This document shows positions 1 through 11,603 of a stretch of 64,000 nucleotides of DNA, piece by piece (within the stretch, counting starts at the first letter, position 1; each line of letters opens with the position of its first letter). This DNA comes from Malacoraja senta (lineage: Eukaryota): NCBI GenBank assembly GCA_038087875.1, contig CM075988.1, positions 248,001 through 312,000 on the forward strand, written 5' to 3'. Position numbers and translations under genes: made by a program. The notes under the pieces are model-generated. The model was not told the origin of the DNA and did no database searches. It worked only from the letters and a program-made list of their open reading frames with translations.

Positions 1-388
1 TGAAACATATAAGATTGTTAAGGGTTTGGACACGCTAGACGCAGGAAACATGTTCCCGATGTTGGCGGAGTACAGAACCAGGGGCCATAGTTTAAGAATA
101 AGGAGCAAGCCATTTAGAATGGAGACGAGGAAACACTTTTTCTCACAGAGAGGGGTGAGTCTGTGAAATTCTCTGCCTCAGAGGGCGGTGGAGGCGGGTT
201 CTCTGGATGCTTTCAAGAGAGCGCAAGATAGGGCTCTTAAAAATAGCGGAGTCAGGGGATATGGGGAGAAGGCAGGAACGGGGCACTGATTGGGGATGAT
301 CAGCCATGATCACATTGAATGGCGGTGCTGGCTCGAAGGCTGAATGGCCTACTCCTGCACCTATTATCTATTTCTATTGTCTATTGTC
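1..388 (+). mobile_element. CR1 LINE 3' end
   Basis: ORF2 C-terminal and 3' UTR sequence (ggctcgaagg...gaatggcctactcctgcacct) with a ctattgt tail. Confidence 0.85.
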
Positions 389-1370
389 GAATGCCTTACT
401 GAAGTCCATGTACACAACATCGACAGCTCTGGCCTCATCAACCTTTTTGGTCACATCTTCAAAAAAAAACAATCAGATTTGTGAGACATGACCTCCACGT
501 ACAAAACCATGCTGACTATCCCTTATCAGCCCTTGCCCATCCAAATGCCTCTATATTCTATCCCTCAGAATACTCTCCAGTAACTTATCAACTACAGATG
601 TTAAACTCACCGGCCTATAGTTCCCAGCATTTTTCCTGCAGCCCTTCTTGAAAAGAGGCACAACATTTGCCAGCCTCCAGTCTTCCAGCACCTCTCCTGT
701 ATTTAAGGATGACTCGTAGGTTTCAACTAGGGCTCCCACAATTTCCTCTCTACTTTTCCTCCATGTCCTCCGATATATCAGATCAGGCCCTGGAGATTTG
801 TCTAGCTTCAAACACAACAGTACCTTCAGTACTTCTTTGACAGTAACCCTGACTGCTCTCAAGACACTTCCAGTGATTGCTCCAATTTCCTCTGTCCTAC
901 TGTCTTTCTCCTCGGCAAATACAGAGAAATAATAATTTTGGACCTTGACCATCTCCTGTGGCTCCACACAGAGGTGACTGCTTTGTTTTTCTGAGATGAC
1001 CCACTCTCTCTCTAGTTACCCCTTTCCCCCTTATGTGTTTATAAAATCTTTTGGGATGGTCCTTAATATCTTTTGGGATTGTCCTTAATGGCAGCTTCAT
1101 GTACCTACCACCCCGTGTTAAAAAAACGTGCCATTCCTTCAATTCTCTCCTCACTCGGTTTAAATCTTATCTCCTAGTTTGGTATTTCCCAAAGCTGGGA
1201 CAAGGGCTGTCGCAATCTATCTGATCTTTTAGACTCGAGATTTCATCATCATGATGCTATTCCCCTCAACCTCTTTTTTTCTGGGGAGAACCTGTCCCAT
1301 CTTTCCAGATTCCTTATAACCAAAGCCATTCAGTCCCGGCAACATCTTTATGAATCGTTTCTGCACCATC
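389..1370 (-). mobile_element. Degenerate CR1 RT fragments
   Basis: DKSPGPD, VPLFKKG and GNYRPVSLTSVV motifs; frameshifts and deletions. Confidence 0.8.
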
Positions 1371-1434
1371 TAATTCAAGTAAATGCACGCTTGATGCACA
1401 GATTCAATCGGCAGTCGGGCGCACATGGACTTAC

Positions 1435-1627
1435 GCGATGGCGAGAAATGCTGCGTCACTTCCGTACAGGAAAGTTGCATTGGTCACCAGTAGGATGAAT
1501 GTCGCGTACTGCACTTCCAGCACGGGAATGGCGGCGCAGATACTGAAGAGGGTGGAAAGCGTGACGGTGACGGCGAGAGAAAGCACCGCTGACTGAATGT
1601 CTTCCAGCCTCTGGACTGCAGCCCAGT
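1435..1627 (-). CDS. slc43a3: SLC43A3-like exon (193 bp, phase 1-2)
   Basis: tttcag|ACTGGG...ATCGC|gtaagt; ...SLAVTVTLSTLFSICAAIPVLEVQYATFILLVTNATFLYGSDAAFLAIA, compare [35 protein letters not shown]. Confidence 0.93.
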
Positions 1628-1884
1628 CTGAAACAGGAGAATACACAAGCAATCTGTTAGCCGTCGGTGCTCCAGCAAAATGCTGTCTACACAGAGGGGC
1701 CATCATATCCACAAGATGAAATGTTGGGAACACTCAACTAGTCAGGCAGCATCCATCCGGAGAAACAGCCTGTATTTCACCCTTCATCTGGTCAAAACAA
1801 ATGAACAATCAAACGAGCCATATTTTACAGAGGGGAAGGGTAGAAAGGGCCTCCTCTATATGAGGATGCCAGCAGCTTTATTTA

Positions 1885-3141
1885 TGGGACTGTACCACTT
1901 AGGCGACTTTTTAGGCGACTGCAGGAGATTTTGCGGTTGCCACATGTTCGCGGGTGGTTGCCAGGGAGTCGCCTTCATGGTCGTGAGGAGTTCCCACGTT
2001 TTGGGAACAAGTCGTGGCCTCATTATGGTCGCCAAGAATTTTTCAACATGTTTAAAAATTAGCGGCGAATAGAATGAAGTCGCCATGGAAATTAGCGAGA
2101 ATTCTCGAGCCGTCGGTGGGTCGCAAGGAGGTCCTAGTGGGTTGCCAGGAGGTTGAAGGTTCTCGGAGGCTCTCGTAGGTTGGAGCCGGTGCTGACCAGT
2201 GAATTTCACTGGCTCATTGGGGGAAAAAAAGGTAAGCAGTAGTTTTCAGAACCAAGGAACCGACCGGTCTTCGAAATGTCCGCCGAACTTCACAGCCGTG
2301 TATCTCTGCCTTCTTAAAAGTTGTTTCTACTCCATCTCCCTCCTTCTCCCCCCCTCTTTTAAAGGACTTACCATACACTGTGCTTTAGCTGTCTTAAGGG
2401 CCTGTCGCACCAGCATGCGTCTAGCGCGACCAAACGGAAGCGGAGATCGCGGTAAGTACGCGCTAAATACGCGGTAAGTACGCGCAAAGTTTGCGCTTGA
2501 CGTAATTTACGTCAAACTCACCAATCAGCCGTGCAGGAGGTGGGCCGACTGAATTTGGACGTCGCACAGCGTCGGGCGGTGACGTCATCATGCAACGGCA
2601 TGCCGGGCAGTGACGTTACCGCGCAACACCACGCGCTAGGTGTATGCCATCAAGACGCTGCGTACGACGTCAAGACGCTGCGTACGCCCTCAATGCGCCT
2701 GTGGGCCGACAGGCCGTTGGCGCGCGGAATTTTCGGACAGTGGAAGATTTTTGGAGCCCCACGCGATGTCGGGACCAGCCCCGCACAAATCTATACGCCT
2801 CCGCCGATCGAAGTGGGACCTGCCCCGCGAGGCCGTACGCCTCAAGCAACCACGTTTGGTCACGCTAGATGCATGTAATCGCATGCTGGTGGGGCAGGCC
2901 CTTTAATTATAGCGCCAACCTTCCTGTTCATTGCGGTGTGTGTCTGTATCACTTTGGCTTTGCACCGTGGGAATTTTTTAGACAACGCTCCTCCGCTTGC
3001 CCAGGCCCCCGTCTTTGCGATGTGTTTGTGTATGTTCCACTCTGACCATCCCCGTTCCAGTTCCTGGTTTTTCAGGCGACTGCCGGCAACTTGACAGTCG
3101 CCGGCAGTCCGCTGAAAAATTGCCTAAGTGGGACAGGCCCA
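1885..3141. mobile_element. Non-autonomous Harbinger-type element (MITE)
   Basis: TIRs TGGGACTGTACCACTTAGGCGA / TTGCCTAAGTGGGACAGGCCCA; TTA and TAA flanks; no ORF. Confidence 0.7.
2397..2902. mobile_element. Harbinger-type MITE nested in the previous element
   Basis: TIRs AGGGCCTGTCGCACCAGCATGCG / CGCATGCTGGTGGGGCAGGCCCT; perfect TTA TSD at 2394-2396 and 2903-2905. Confidence 0.8.
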
Positions 3142-3792
3142 TAAGACAAATGAGCCTCAGATTCATATATTTCTCTCCCCCACTCTCTTTTCCACGCAGT
3201 TAAAGCGTTCTCGATCAAACAATTTGGTGCAGTTAAAACTTCTTGCAATGACTGCATGGATTTTCCAGGGGAACTCTGCTTCTGTCCCCAACCCCCCACC
3301 CAAGGAGTAATTGGCCAGTGCAATTTGTGGGTGAGTGGTAGGACGTTGGTGTGAATGTGTATTCAGTAAAATGTGAGTAGCGTAGGTTTAGTCCGGAAAG
3401 TTAGATCACACGCGGTAAAAGGTTCGAATCACCACACCGTAAAAGCGGCCTGGTGAGATTAATCAGAGTGATAGTGGATGCTTGTTTTGTTTCTGATTCG
3501 AGGCTGTGGTCAGATACCCTTGCTGGGTCCAATGTTGTCTGTTGTATGTGTAAACGATTTGGATGTGATTGCAGTTGGCATCGTTAGTAAATCTATGGCG
3601 GTGGGGGGGGGGGGGCGTGTTGATACTAGATACACCAAAACATACCAAATTGGATGCGACTTTGCGTGTGAAATGTAAATTGTGTTTTATTGTGATTAGG
3701 GAGAACGGTACGAATGTATTTTATTTTGAGTTTCTGTGAGGGTTGTGGTGCTGGAATAGGTGGAGATTGTAAGACTGGTCGGGGTGAAATGC

Positions 3793-4567
3793 GGATAAAT
3801 GTGAGGTTATCCACTTTGGTAGCAAAAACAAGAAGGCAGATTATTATCGAAATGGTCTCAAGTCGCGAAAAGGGGAGGTACAATGGGATCTGGGCGTCCT
3901 TGTTCATCAGTCAATGAAAGTAAGCATGCAGGTACAGCAGACAGTGAAGAAAGCGAATGGCATGTTGGCCTTTATAACAAGAGGAATCGAATATAGGAGC
4001 AAAGAGGTCCTTCTGCAGTTGTACAGAGCCCTAGTGAGACCACACCTGGAGTATTGTGTGCAGTTTTGGTCTCCAAGTTTGAGGAAGGACATTCTTGCTA
4101 TTGAGGGAGTGCAGCGTAGGTTCACAAGCTTGATTCCCGGGATGGCGGGACTGTCATATGCTGAGAGGATGGAGCGGCTGGGCTTTGAATGCTCTGGAAT
4201 TTAGAAGGATGAGAGGGTATCTTATTGAAACATGTAAGATTATTAAGGGTTATGACACGCTAGAGGCAGGAAACATGTTCCCGATGTTGGGGGAGTCCTG
4301 AACCAGGGGCCACAGTATAAGAATAATGGGTAAGCCATTTCGAACGGAGATAAGTGAACACTTTTTCTCCCAGAGAGTTGTGAGTGTGGAATTCTCTGCC
4401 TCAGAGGGCGGTGGAGGCCAGTTCTTTGGATACTTTCAAGAGAAAACTAGATAGGGCTCTTAAAGATAGCAGAGTCAGGAGATATGGGGAGAAAGCAGGA
4501 ACGGGGTACTGATTGTGGATGATCATCCATGATAACATTGAATGGCGATGCTGGCTCGAAGGGCCGA
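3793..4567 (+). mobile_element. CR1 3' fragment
   Basis: RPHLEYCVQFWSP motif plus CR1 3' UTR. Confidence 0.88.
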
Positions 4568-4809
4568 GTGAAGATAGAGAGTGGAGAAAAGGAGAAAGAG
4601 TGAGAAAGAGAGAGGGATAGAGAGGGGAATATAGGGAAGAGGCACAGAGCGATTGAGTGAAAGAGCAATGAACGAGGTGAAAAAGGGAGAGAAATAGTGA
4701 GACGAGATGGTGAGCAGTCATTGCAAAATCAAGAAGGAAGGGCGGAGGGTGCAGTGGGCACCAGATATCAGTATGAATCTGAGGAGACCATCGGCACTCC
4801 ATGGATTAC

Positions 4810-4929
4810 CTGTGCCTGATTCTAACGGCCGAGCTCTCAGTTTGTGTCGGTCCAGGATCAGCCCGTTCCATGGGGCGCTCAAAATGGAGCACAACTGGGT
4901 GATGGCAAAAGCATTCGTAAATTTGCTCA
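4810..4929 (-). CDS. slc43a3: SLC43A3-like exon (120 bp, phase 1-1)
   Basis: ctgacag|TGAGC...GCACAG|gtaatc; VSKFTNAFAITQLCSILSAPWNGLILDRHK, compare [29 protein letters not shown]. Confidence 0.93.
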
Positions 4930-5049
4930 CTGTCAGAGAGTAAATTAGATGTGGAAATAGTTAACCAGACAGACAGACATTGGGTAACACTGAGAATTCA
5001 AAAAACAGGGAAGGGAGACGGGAAGATACAAAAATCACAACTATATTAG

Positions 5050-5430
5050 ATAATCATAATCATAATAATCATAATCATACTTTATCAGCCATATATGTTT
5101 TGCAACATACGAGGAATTTGATTTGCCATACTGTCTTACCAATAAAAAGTAACAAAACACACAAAATACAGGCTCTGACAGTAAGTCCACGGCCCCGCGG
5201 TGGGGCTCAAAGTCAGTCTCGAGCAAGGCTGCCATCTCCATGATGTTAGGCCGCAGAGTGACCAGAGATATGATCCGGAAAAAATCGTATCTCCAGCAAG
5301 GAAAGAAATTAATAAAACAAACCAGAGAACATTAACACATACTTTTTAACACACTAAAAATAACAAAGACGACGAAAAGACAGACAGACCGTTAGCGAGG
5401 ATGCCATCGCTGACGGTGCCACCCAGTGGA
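5050..5430 (-). repeat. Non-LTR retroposon 3' end with (ATTATG)n tail, family uncertain
   Basis: (ataatc)n run followed by sequence resembling an antisense LINE/SINE tail. Confidence 0.4.
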
Positions 5431-5441
5431 ATTAGATACAA

Positions 5442-5680
5442 CTAGACCAAGTGCAGACCCATTGGGTCTGTTTCCCCAACGCGCGTTTGCGGGGGTGGGC
5501 TGCGGCGTCACACTAATCTGGCACCCACAAACACACACACTCATCACACCCGTTGATATGATCTTAATTTTATTAATTGGCTTATTTTATCCCATCTCCA
5601 CCCTATCCACTGACGAATAGCCCTCACCTCTCAGGTGCGTCTAGAGGGGGGGGGGGGCAGAGAGAAAATTTAATGTTATG
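5442..5680 (-). mobile_element. Non-autonomous Helitron 3' end
   Basis: On the minus strand, hairpin CAGACCC-aat-GGGTCTG followed by CACTTGGTCTAG|T; similar to 44090-44185. 5' boundary uncertain. Confidence 0.6.
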
Positions 5681-5865
5681 AAAAAAAAAATTGTGAGGGG
5701 GAGGAGGCGGGAGGAGAGGAAGGGGGAGTGGAGGGGGGGAGAGAGGAAGGAGAGAATGGGGAGAGAGGTGAAGGGGGGGTTGGAACGGGCGTGCATGAGT
5801 CGAGCTGCGGCTGTGAAGAGAGAAGGGCAGAGAGAGAGAGAGAGAGAGGGGAGAGACAGAAACTG

Positions 5866-5945
5866 GTACACAAAAAAAAAGATGGAGAAACTCAGGCGGG
5901 TGCAGCAGCAACTATGGAGCGAAGGAAATAGGCAACGCTTTGGGC
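5866..5945 (-). mobile_element. Penelope pLTR fragment abutting the gap
   Basis: Reverse complement of about 10828-10903, with errors suggesting low-quality sequence. Confidence 0.65.
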
Positions 5946-6145
5946 NNNNNNNNNNNNNNNNNNNNNNNNNNNNNNNNNNNNNNNNNNNNNNNNNNNNNNN
6001 NNNNNNNNNNNNNNNNNNNNNNNNNNNNNNNNNNNNNNNNNNNNNNNNNNNNNNNNNNNNNNNNNNNNNNNNNNNNNNNNNNNNNNNNNNNNNNNNNNNN
6101 NNNNNNNNNNNNNNNNNNNNNNNNNNNNNNNNNNNNNNNNNNNNN
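5946..6145. other. Assembly gap (200 N)
   Basis: Run of n. Confidence 1.
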
Positions 6146-6414
6146 TTATTCTCATTCCCGTCTCATTTATTACCTATTCCTCACTGTCCACATCTAATTT
6201 TCAACCTCTCCAAGCATACCGTCTCCGTTGTCGCTCAAATACTTTCCTATTACCCCCCCCCCCACCACCATTTTCTACCAACTTAGCTTATTCCTGCATC
6301 ATCTCTCCCCTATCCATCTCTCCCTCTTTTGCCCAATCCTTCTCTGCACCCTCTTTTACTCAAACTCTCCTTCTCCCACAGCTCCTCGTCTTCTGTCGAT
6401 AGGTCCTCTTATCG

Positions 6415-6990
6415 AGTCAGAGTGATACAGTGTGGAAACAGGCCCATCGGCAAAACCTGCCCGACCTGGCCAACATGTCACAGCCCACTAGTCCCACGTG
6501 CCCGCGTTTGGTCCATATCCCTCCAAAACTGTCCTATCCATGTACTTGTCTAGCTGTTTCTTAAATGTTGGGACAGTCCCTGCCTCAACTACCTCCTCTG
6601 GCTGCTTGTTCCATACACCCACCATGCTTTGTTTGAAAAAGTTACCCCTCAGATTCCTATTAAATCTTTTCCCCTTCAACTTAAACCTACGTCCTCTGGT
6701 CCTCGATTCACCTACTCTGGGCAAGAGACTGTGTGCACCTAGCTGATCTATGCCTCTCATTATTTTATACACCTCAATAAGATCACCCCTGATCCTCCTA
6801 CGCACCAAGGAATACAGTCCCAGCCTATTCAATCTCTACAGTTCACACCCTCTAGTCCTCGCAACAGCCTCGTAACTCTTCTCTGTACCCTTTCCAGCTT
6901 GACAACATCTTTCTAATAACACGGTGACCAGAACTGATCACAATACCCCAAATGCAGCTCACCAACGTCTTATACAACTGCAACATGATC
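6415..6990 (-). mobile_element. CR1 3' fragment
   Basis: LGLYSL..RRIRGDLIEVYKIMRG ORF2 C-terminus. Confidence 0.85.
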
Positions 6991-8409
6991 GATCACTCTC
7001 GCCCAACTCAATTTCTCCCATTTCCTTTGGTTCTCTCTACTAATTCCCTCTCCATTCACACCATCTCCACGGTTAATCACATTCTATCCCAATATCCATT
7101 TTCATCTCTGCTCTTTATCTATCCCCACCCTCTCACACCCCACACCCCCTTCCACTTCCCTATTCATTCTCTCCATTCACAATATCTCCACGTTAATCTC
7201 TCCCATTAATTTTCCTTTTTATATCTCTGTTCCCATCTAACCTCCTCTCACATTCTCCCTCGCGCTGTTCAATTTTATCTCTCCACCGGGCACATCCAAT
7301 TTATTCAAATTCTCTCTGAAAGTTATCGCAGTTTCTATCTGCCCTCCCTCCGATTACATCTTCCGACTCCCTATCCTATTTCCCTTCGCGCACAATTTTT
7401 TAAATTCTCTCTTCCCATCCACAACCTATCCATATTTACGCCCCCTCACTCTCACCAATCCCCTATTTCCATTTCTCTTGATTCTCTCTTCAAACCCCTC
7501 CTCTTATTTATTTTCTCCATTGTAGACAACCAACCTACATCCATAATTTATCCTTCCTTTCCCTTGACTTCTCTTTTTAATAGTTCTCGAATTACTCGGA
7601 GCACAATTACCACTACAAATTTATTTATTAATTTAGCATCTCTTCACTTGTATTATCAGACAAAACAACCGCCTTTTTATCCGTCCATCCCTTCTCCTCT
7701 CGCTCTCTCATTGCTGAGGCCTTTTCTGCTTCCCCGTTTTCCGCATTAACCCATCAGAACGCAGTATTTTCTTTGACTGCATCGCAAGCAAACAAATGCT
7801 TTTCACTGTCAGCACACGTGACTATAATAAACTAAACAGTCCACATCCCTTTCAAGATGCTCTTCCTAAATGTTATTCATTGTCTCGCTCGAACATTGTC
7901 AGCGATTGCACAAAGTTCAATTCCTTTAACAAATTATCGCCAAATGAAGCAGCCCGTGCAACAAGATCACAACAAGGCCAGGAGTATGGTACCATGTCCA
8001 TCAAGCCTGTCCCACCATTCAACGTTACTATGGCAAATCTATGCAACATCACCTCATCACATGTCAATTCCCCAAAGCTCTCAGTTCCTCAACCTTTCCA
8101 ATGTTCATCCAGCTCCACCATAAATATATCTAATCAAACGTGAGATCATGCATTTTCATTAGAAGAATCAAAAGATATATTATCTAAATAGGGAGAGATG
8201 GCAAAGGAGTAAAGCACAGATGGATCTATATGACTTGAGCCTGAATCATAAAAAAATAGAAGGCAGGCTCAGCATGCAGAAAGGCACTGCATGATGGCCT
8301 TTATTGCAAAAGGGTTGTGCTTTAAAATGGAGCATTTGTTTCAGTTGATCGTACACACATACTATTACAGTTGTAGTATCCTTACATGAGGCAAAGGAAA
8401 CAGTAACAT

Positions 8410-8684
8410 TGGAAGCAGTACAAATCCTTCGGCCCACCGAGTCCGCGCCAACCCGCGACCACCCGGTACACTTACGCTTTCCTACACGCACGAGGGACAA
8501 TTGAACAATTTTACCAAGCCACTTAACCTACAAACTTGTACGTCTTTGAAGTGAGGGAGGAAACGGGAGCTCCCGGAGAAAACCCACGCAGGTTACGGGG
8601 AGCACGTGCACAAACAGCATCCGTAGTCAGAATCGAACTCGGGTCTCCGGCGCAGTAATGCAGCAACTCTACCCCTGCGCCACT
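8410..8684 (-). mobile_element. tRNA-derived SINE (elasmobranch HE1-like)
   Basis: Minus-strand head gtgggcgcaggggtagag (box A-like) and gagttcgattct (box B), with a CR1-like 3' tail (gggccgaagga). Confidence 0.75.
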
Positions 8685-9694
8685 CTAGACAATTTGTCGT
8701 GTGCTAGAGTGCTAGACAATTTGTTCCTGTATTCCTTGAAAATTAGAAGAATGAAGGGCGATCGTATTCACGTTTATTGGGTCCTAAGTTTGACAGAGTA
8801 AGTTTCGAAATCTTCTCGGATGTGGCAGAAATCGCGATCAATGCGACATAACATTAGAGGTGGTCATATAAAACAGGAACGTTTCATTTTTACAGAGGGG
8901 AAAGAATGTCGGAATGCTCTGTCCCCGACGGGATGGTGGTCAGAACATTGGATGTATTCAACATAAACTAAGACATTTTTGAAATATTTACTAATTAAGG
9001 GTCATTGGGGATCTTGCAGAGAAAGCTATGGCCAGCGAAGATCATCTGAGATCAGATTGAATGGCGTGGCAGGCCTGAAGGGCCAGATGCTCCTATGTTC
9101 TGGTGATCTTGCATGTGAATGAGCCCATGTACCTAACTCGTGCTACCTTTTCACCATCTACAAAGCACGTCAGCAGTGTAATGCAACACTCTCCACTTTC
9201 CTAAAGCGACGCAGATTCGGAAACTCTCACGAAGGTCAATAATTCCCAGGACAAAGCAGCCAATTTGATTGGCTACCTATCCACAGCCCAAACCAATCCT
9301 TCCTTCCACTTCTGAGTCAGAGTATGTATTAACTACGCAGCGCATGACATTTACTGGCCCAGGCTACTCCGACACTTCCTCCGTCCAAAGGAATAATGAC
9401 ATCCGCAAATGGTGCGCCACCACTTGTATATTGCCCTTCACCGTTGTGGCTGCGAAGATATATTGCCCGTTTCTGCTCTGGCTGTGGCTTTAAATCCTCG
9501 GCAGCCCCCTGTGTAACTGGAGCAACAGAAGGACCACAGCAGTTTGAGAAGGCGGGACATCTTCACCTTCTTGAGGGGCAGAAGATAAATGCTGCCCGGT
9601 TCTTGGAAGACGAATCAGTGGAAAGAAACGTGTCATCCTCTCCCCGTACGCTTGGTTTGCCGTCTCTCCCTGAACCAGTCACGCTATGTGTCAT

Positions 9695-10938
9695 CCGCTT
9701 CACCACCAACTTCCATCCGGCACTCAAATACACCTGGACCATTTCCGACACTTCCCTACCATTCCTTGACCTCACTATCTCCATCGAAGGTGATAGACTC
9801 CTTACCGACATCCACTACAAACCCACCGACTCCCATGGCTATCTGGACTACACTTCTTCCCACCCTGCTTCCTGTAAGGACTCCATCCCCCACTCCCAAT
9901 TCCTCCGTCTATGCCGCATCTGCTCCCAGGATGAGGCGTTCCACACCAGGGCATCTGAAATGTCCTCATTCTTCAGGGAACGGGGGTTCCCCTCCTCCAC
10001 CATAGATGAGGCTCGCACCAGGGTCTCTGCCATACCCCGCAACACTGCTCTCTCTCCCCATCCCCCCACTCACAAGGGCAAAGTCCCCCTACTCCTCACC
10101 TTTCACCCCACCAGCCGTCACATACAAGTGATCCTCCGTCAGTTTCGCCACCTCCAACGTGACCCCACCACTCGCCACATCTTCCCATCTCCCCCCATGT
10201 CTGCCTTCCGCAAAGACCGCTCCCTCCGTAACTCCCTTGTCAATTCTTCCCTTCCCTCCCATACCACCCCCTCCCCTGGTACTTTCCCTTGCAACCGCAA
10301 GAGATGCAACACTTGTCCCTTCACCTCCCCCCTCGACTCCATTCAAGGACCCAAGCAGTCGTTCCAGGTGCGACAGAGGTTCACCTGCATCTCCTCCAAC
10401 CTCATCTATTGCATCCGCTGCTCTAGATGCCAGTTGATCTACATCGGTGAGACCAAGCAGAGGCTTGGCGATCGTTTCGCCGAACACCTCCGGTCGGTCC
10501 GCAATAACCAACTTGACCTTCCGGTGGCGCAGCACTTCAACTCACCCTCCCATTCCGTATCTGACCTCTCTGTCCTGGGTCTCCTCCATGGCCACAGCGA
10601 GCAACACCGTAAATTGGAGGAAATGCACCTCATATTCCGCTTGGGCAGTCTACATCCTGGGGGCTTGAACATTGAATTCTCCCAATTCTGCTAGCCCTTG
10701 CTGTCCCCTCCCCTTCATCAGCCCTCTGGTTGTCTCCTCCCCTCCCCCAGCCCTCGGGCTCCTCCTCCGCCTTTTTCCTTTTCTCCTTTCTTCTCCCCAC
10801 CCCCTATCAGTCTGAAGAAGGGTTTCGGCCCGAAACGTTGCCTATTTCCTTCGCTCCATAGATGCTGCTGCACCCGCTGAGTTTCTCCAGCATTTTTGTG
10901 TACCTTCGATTTTTCAGCATCTGCAGTTCCTTCTTTAA
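9695..10938 (+). mobile_element. Penelope-like element, 5'-truncated (RT C-terminus, GIY-YIG endonuclease, pLTR)
   Basis: FLDLTI..YKPTD RT end; NLIYCIRCSRCQLIYIGETKQRLGDRFAEH GIY-YIG motif; 15-bp direct repeat cacgctatgtgtcat at 9680-9694 and 10939-10953. Confidence 0.93.
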
Positions 10939-11603
10939 CACGCTATGTGTCATTTCCTTACTTCCTCACTGCCTCGCTGTCTCTGAGAAATCAGTTTTCT
11001 CTCCCTGCTCATTCTCTCTCCAATCCCCTCCTCACCCTTTCACGCTTTATCCCATCTGATGCATGATTTGTTTATTAATCCTCGTCCCGCCTTATCTGCT
11101 GTAGACCAATTTTCGTCCTGGGATAAATAAAATTTTATCGTATCGTACCTTTCCCACTTCTTTTCCGTATTGTCTCCCTCCCTTCGAACATTCCCTCCAT
11201 CGTTCTCATTGCTTCTCCTTCCCACTGTCGCTCCTTTTCAGTGTTCTCCCTTATTATCGCCCTTCTCATTCTCTCTTGCTATACCTTTATTTCGCTATTT
11301 TCTCTCTCTCTCTTCCTCACGCACTATCTCTCTCTCCGTCTCTTACCACTTATGTATCAGTCTATCTCGGTCCCAATCTCTTTGCCTCTCACACCTTCTG
11401 TCCTTCCACTCTCTTTATCACTTTCTGCCTGCCCATCATCTTCGCTCTCGAACACAATCTTGGTGAGGTCTACATGCTTCTCCCGATCTCTCACACCTTT
11501 CCTGTTTATCTGTGTCTATCTCCCTTCTCCCCAACGGATATAGGCCTCCTCTTTCTCTCTGGCCCCATCTCTTTCTCTCTCAGTATTTTCCTCTAATTAT
11601 CCC

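Noticed and set aside
5640..5945. Purine-rich ORFs next to the gap
   Set aside because: Low-complexity and apparently low-quality sequence that runs into Ns
9396..9694. N-terminus of the 432-aa ORF as a chimeric gene
   Set aside because: Chance read-in from older flanking repeat DNA upstream of the Penelope TSD
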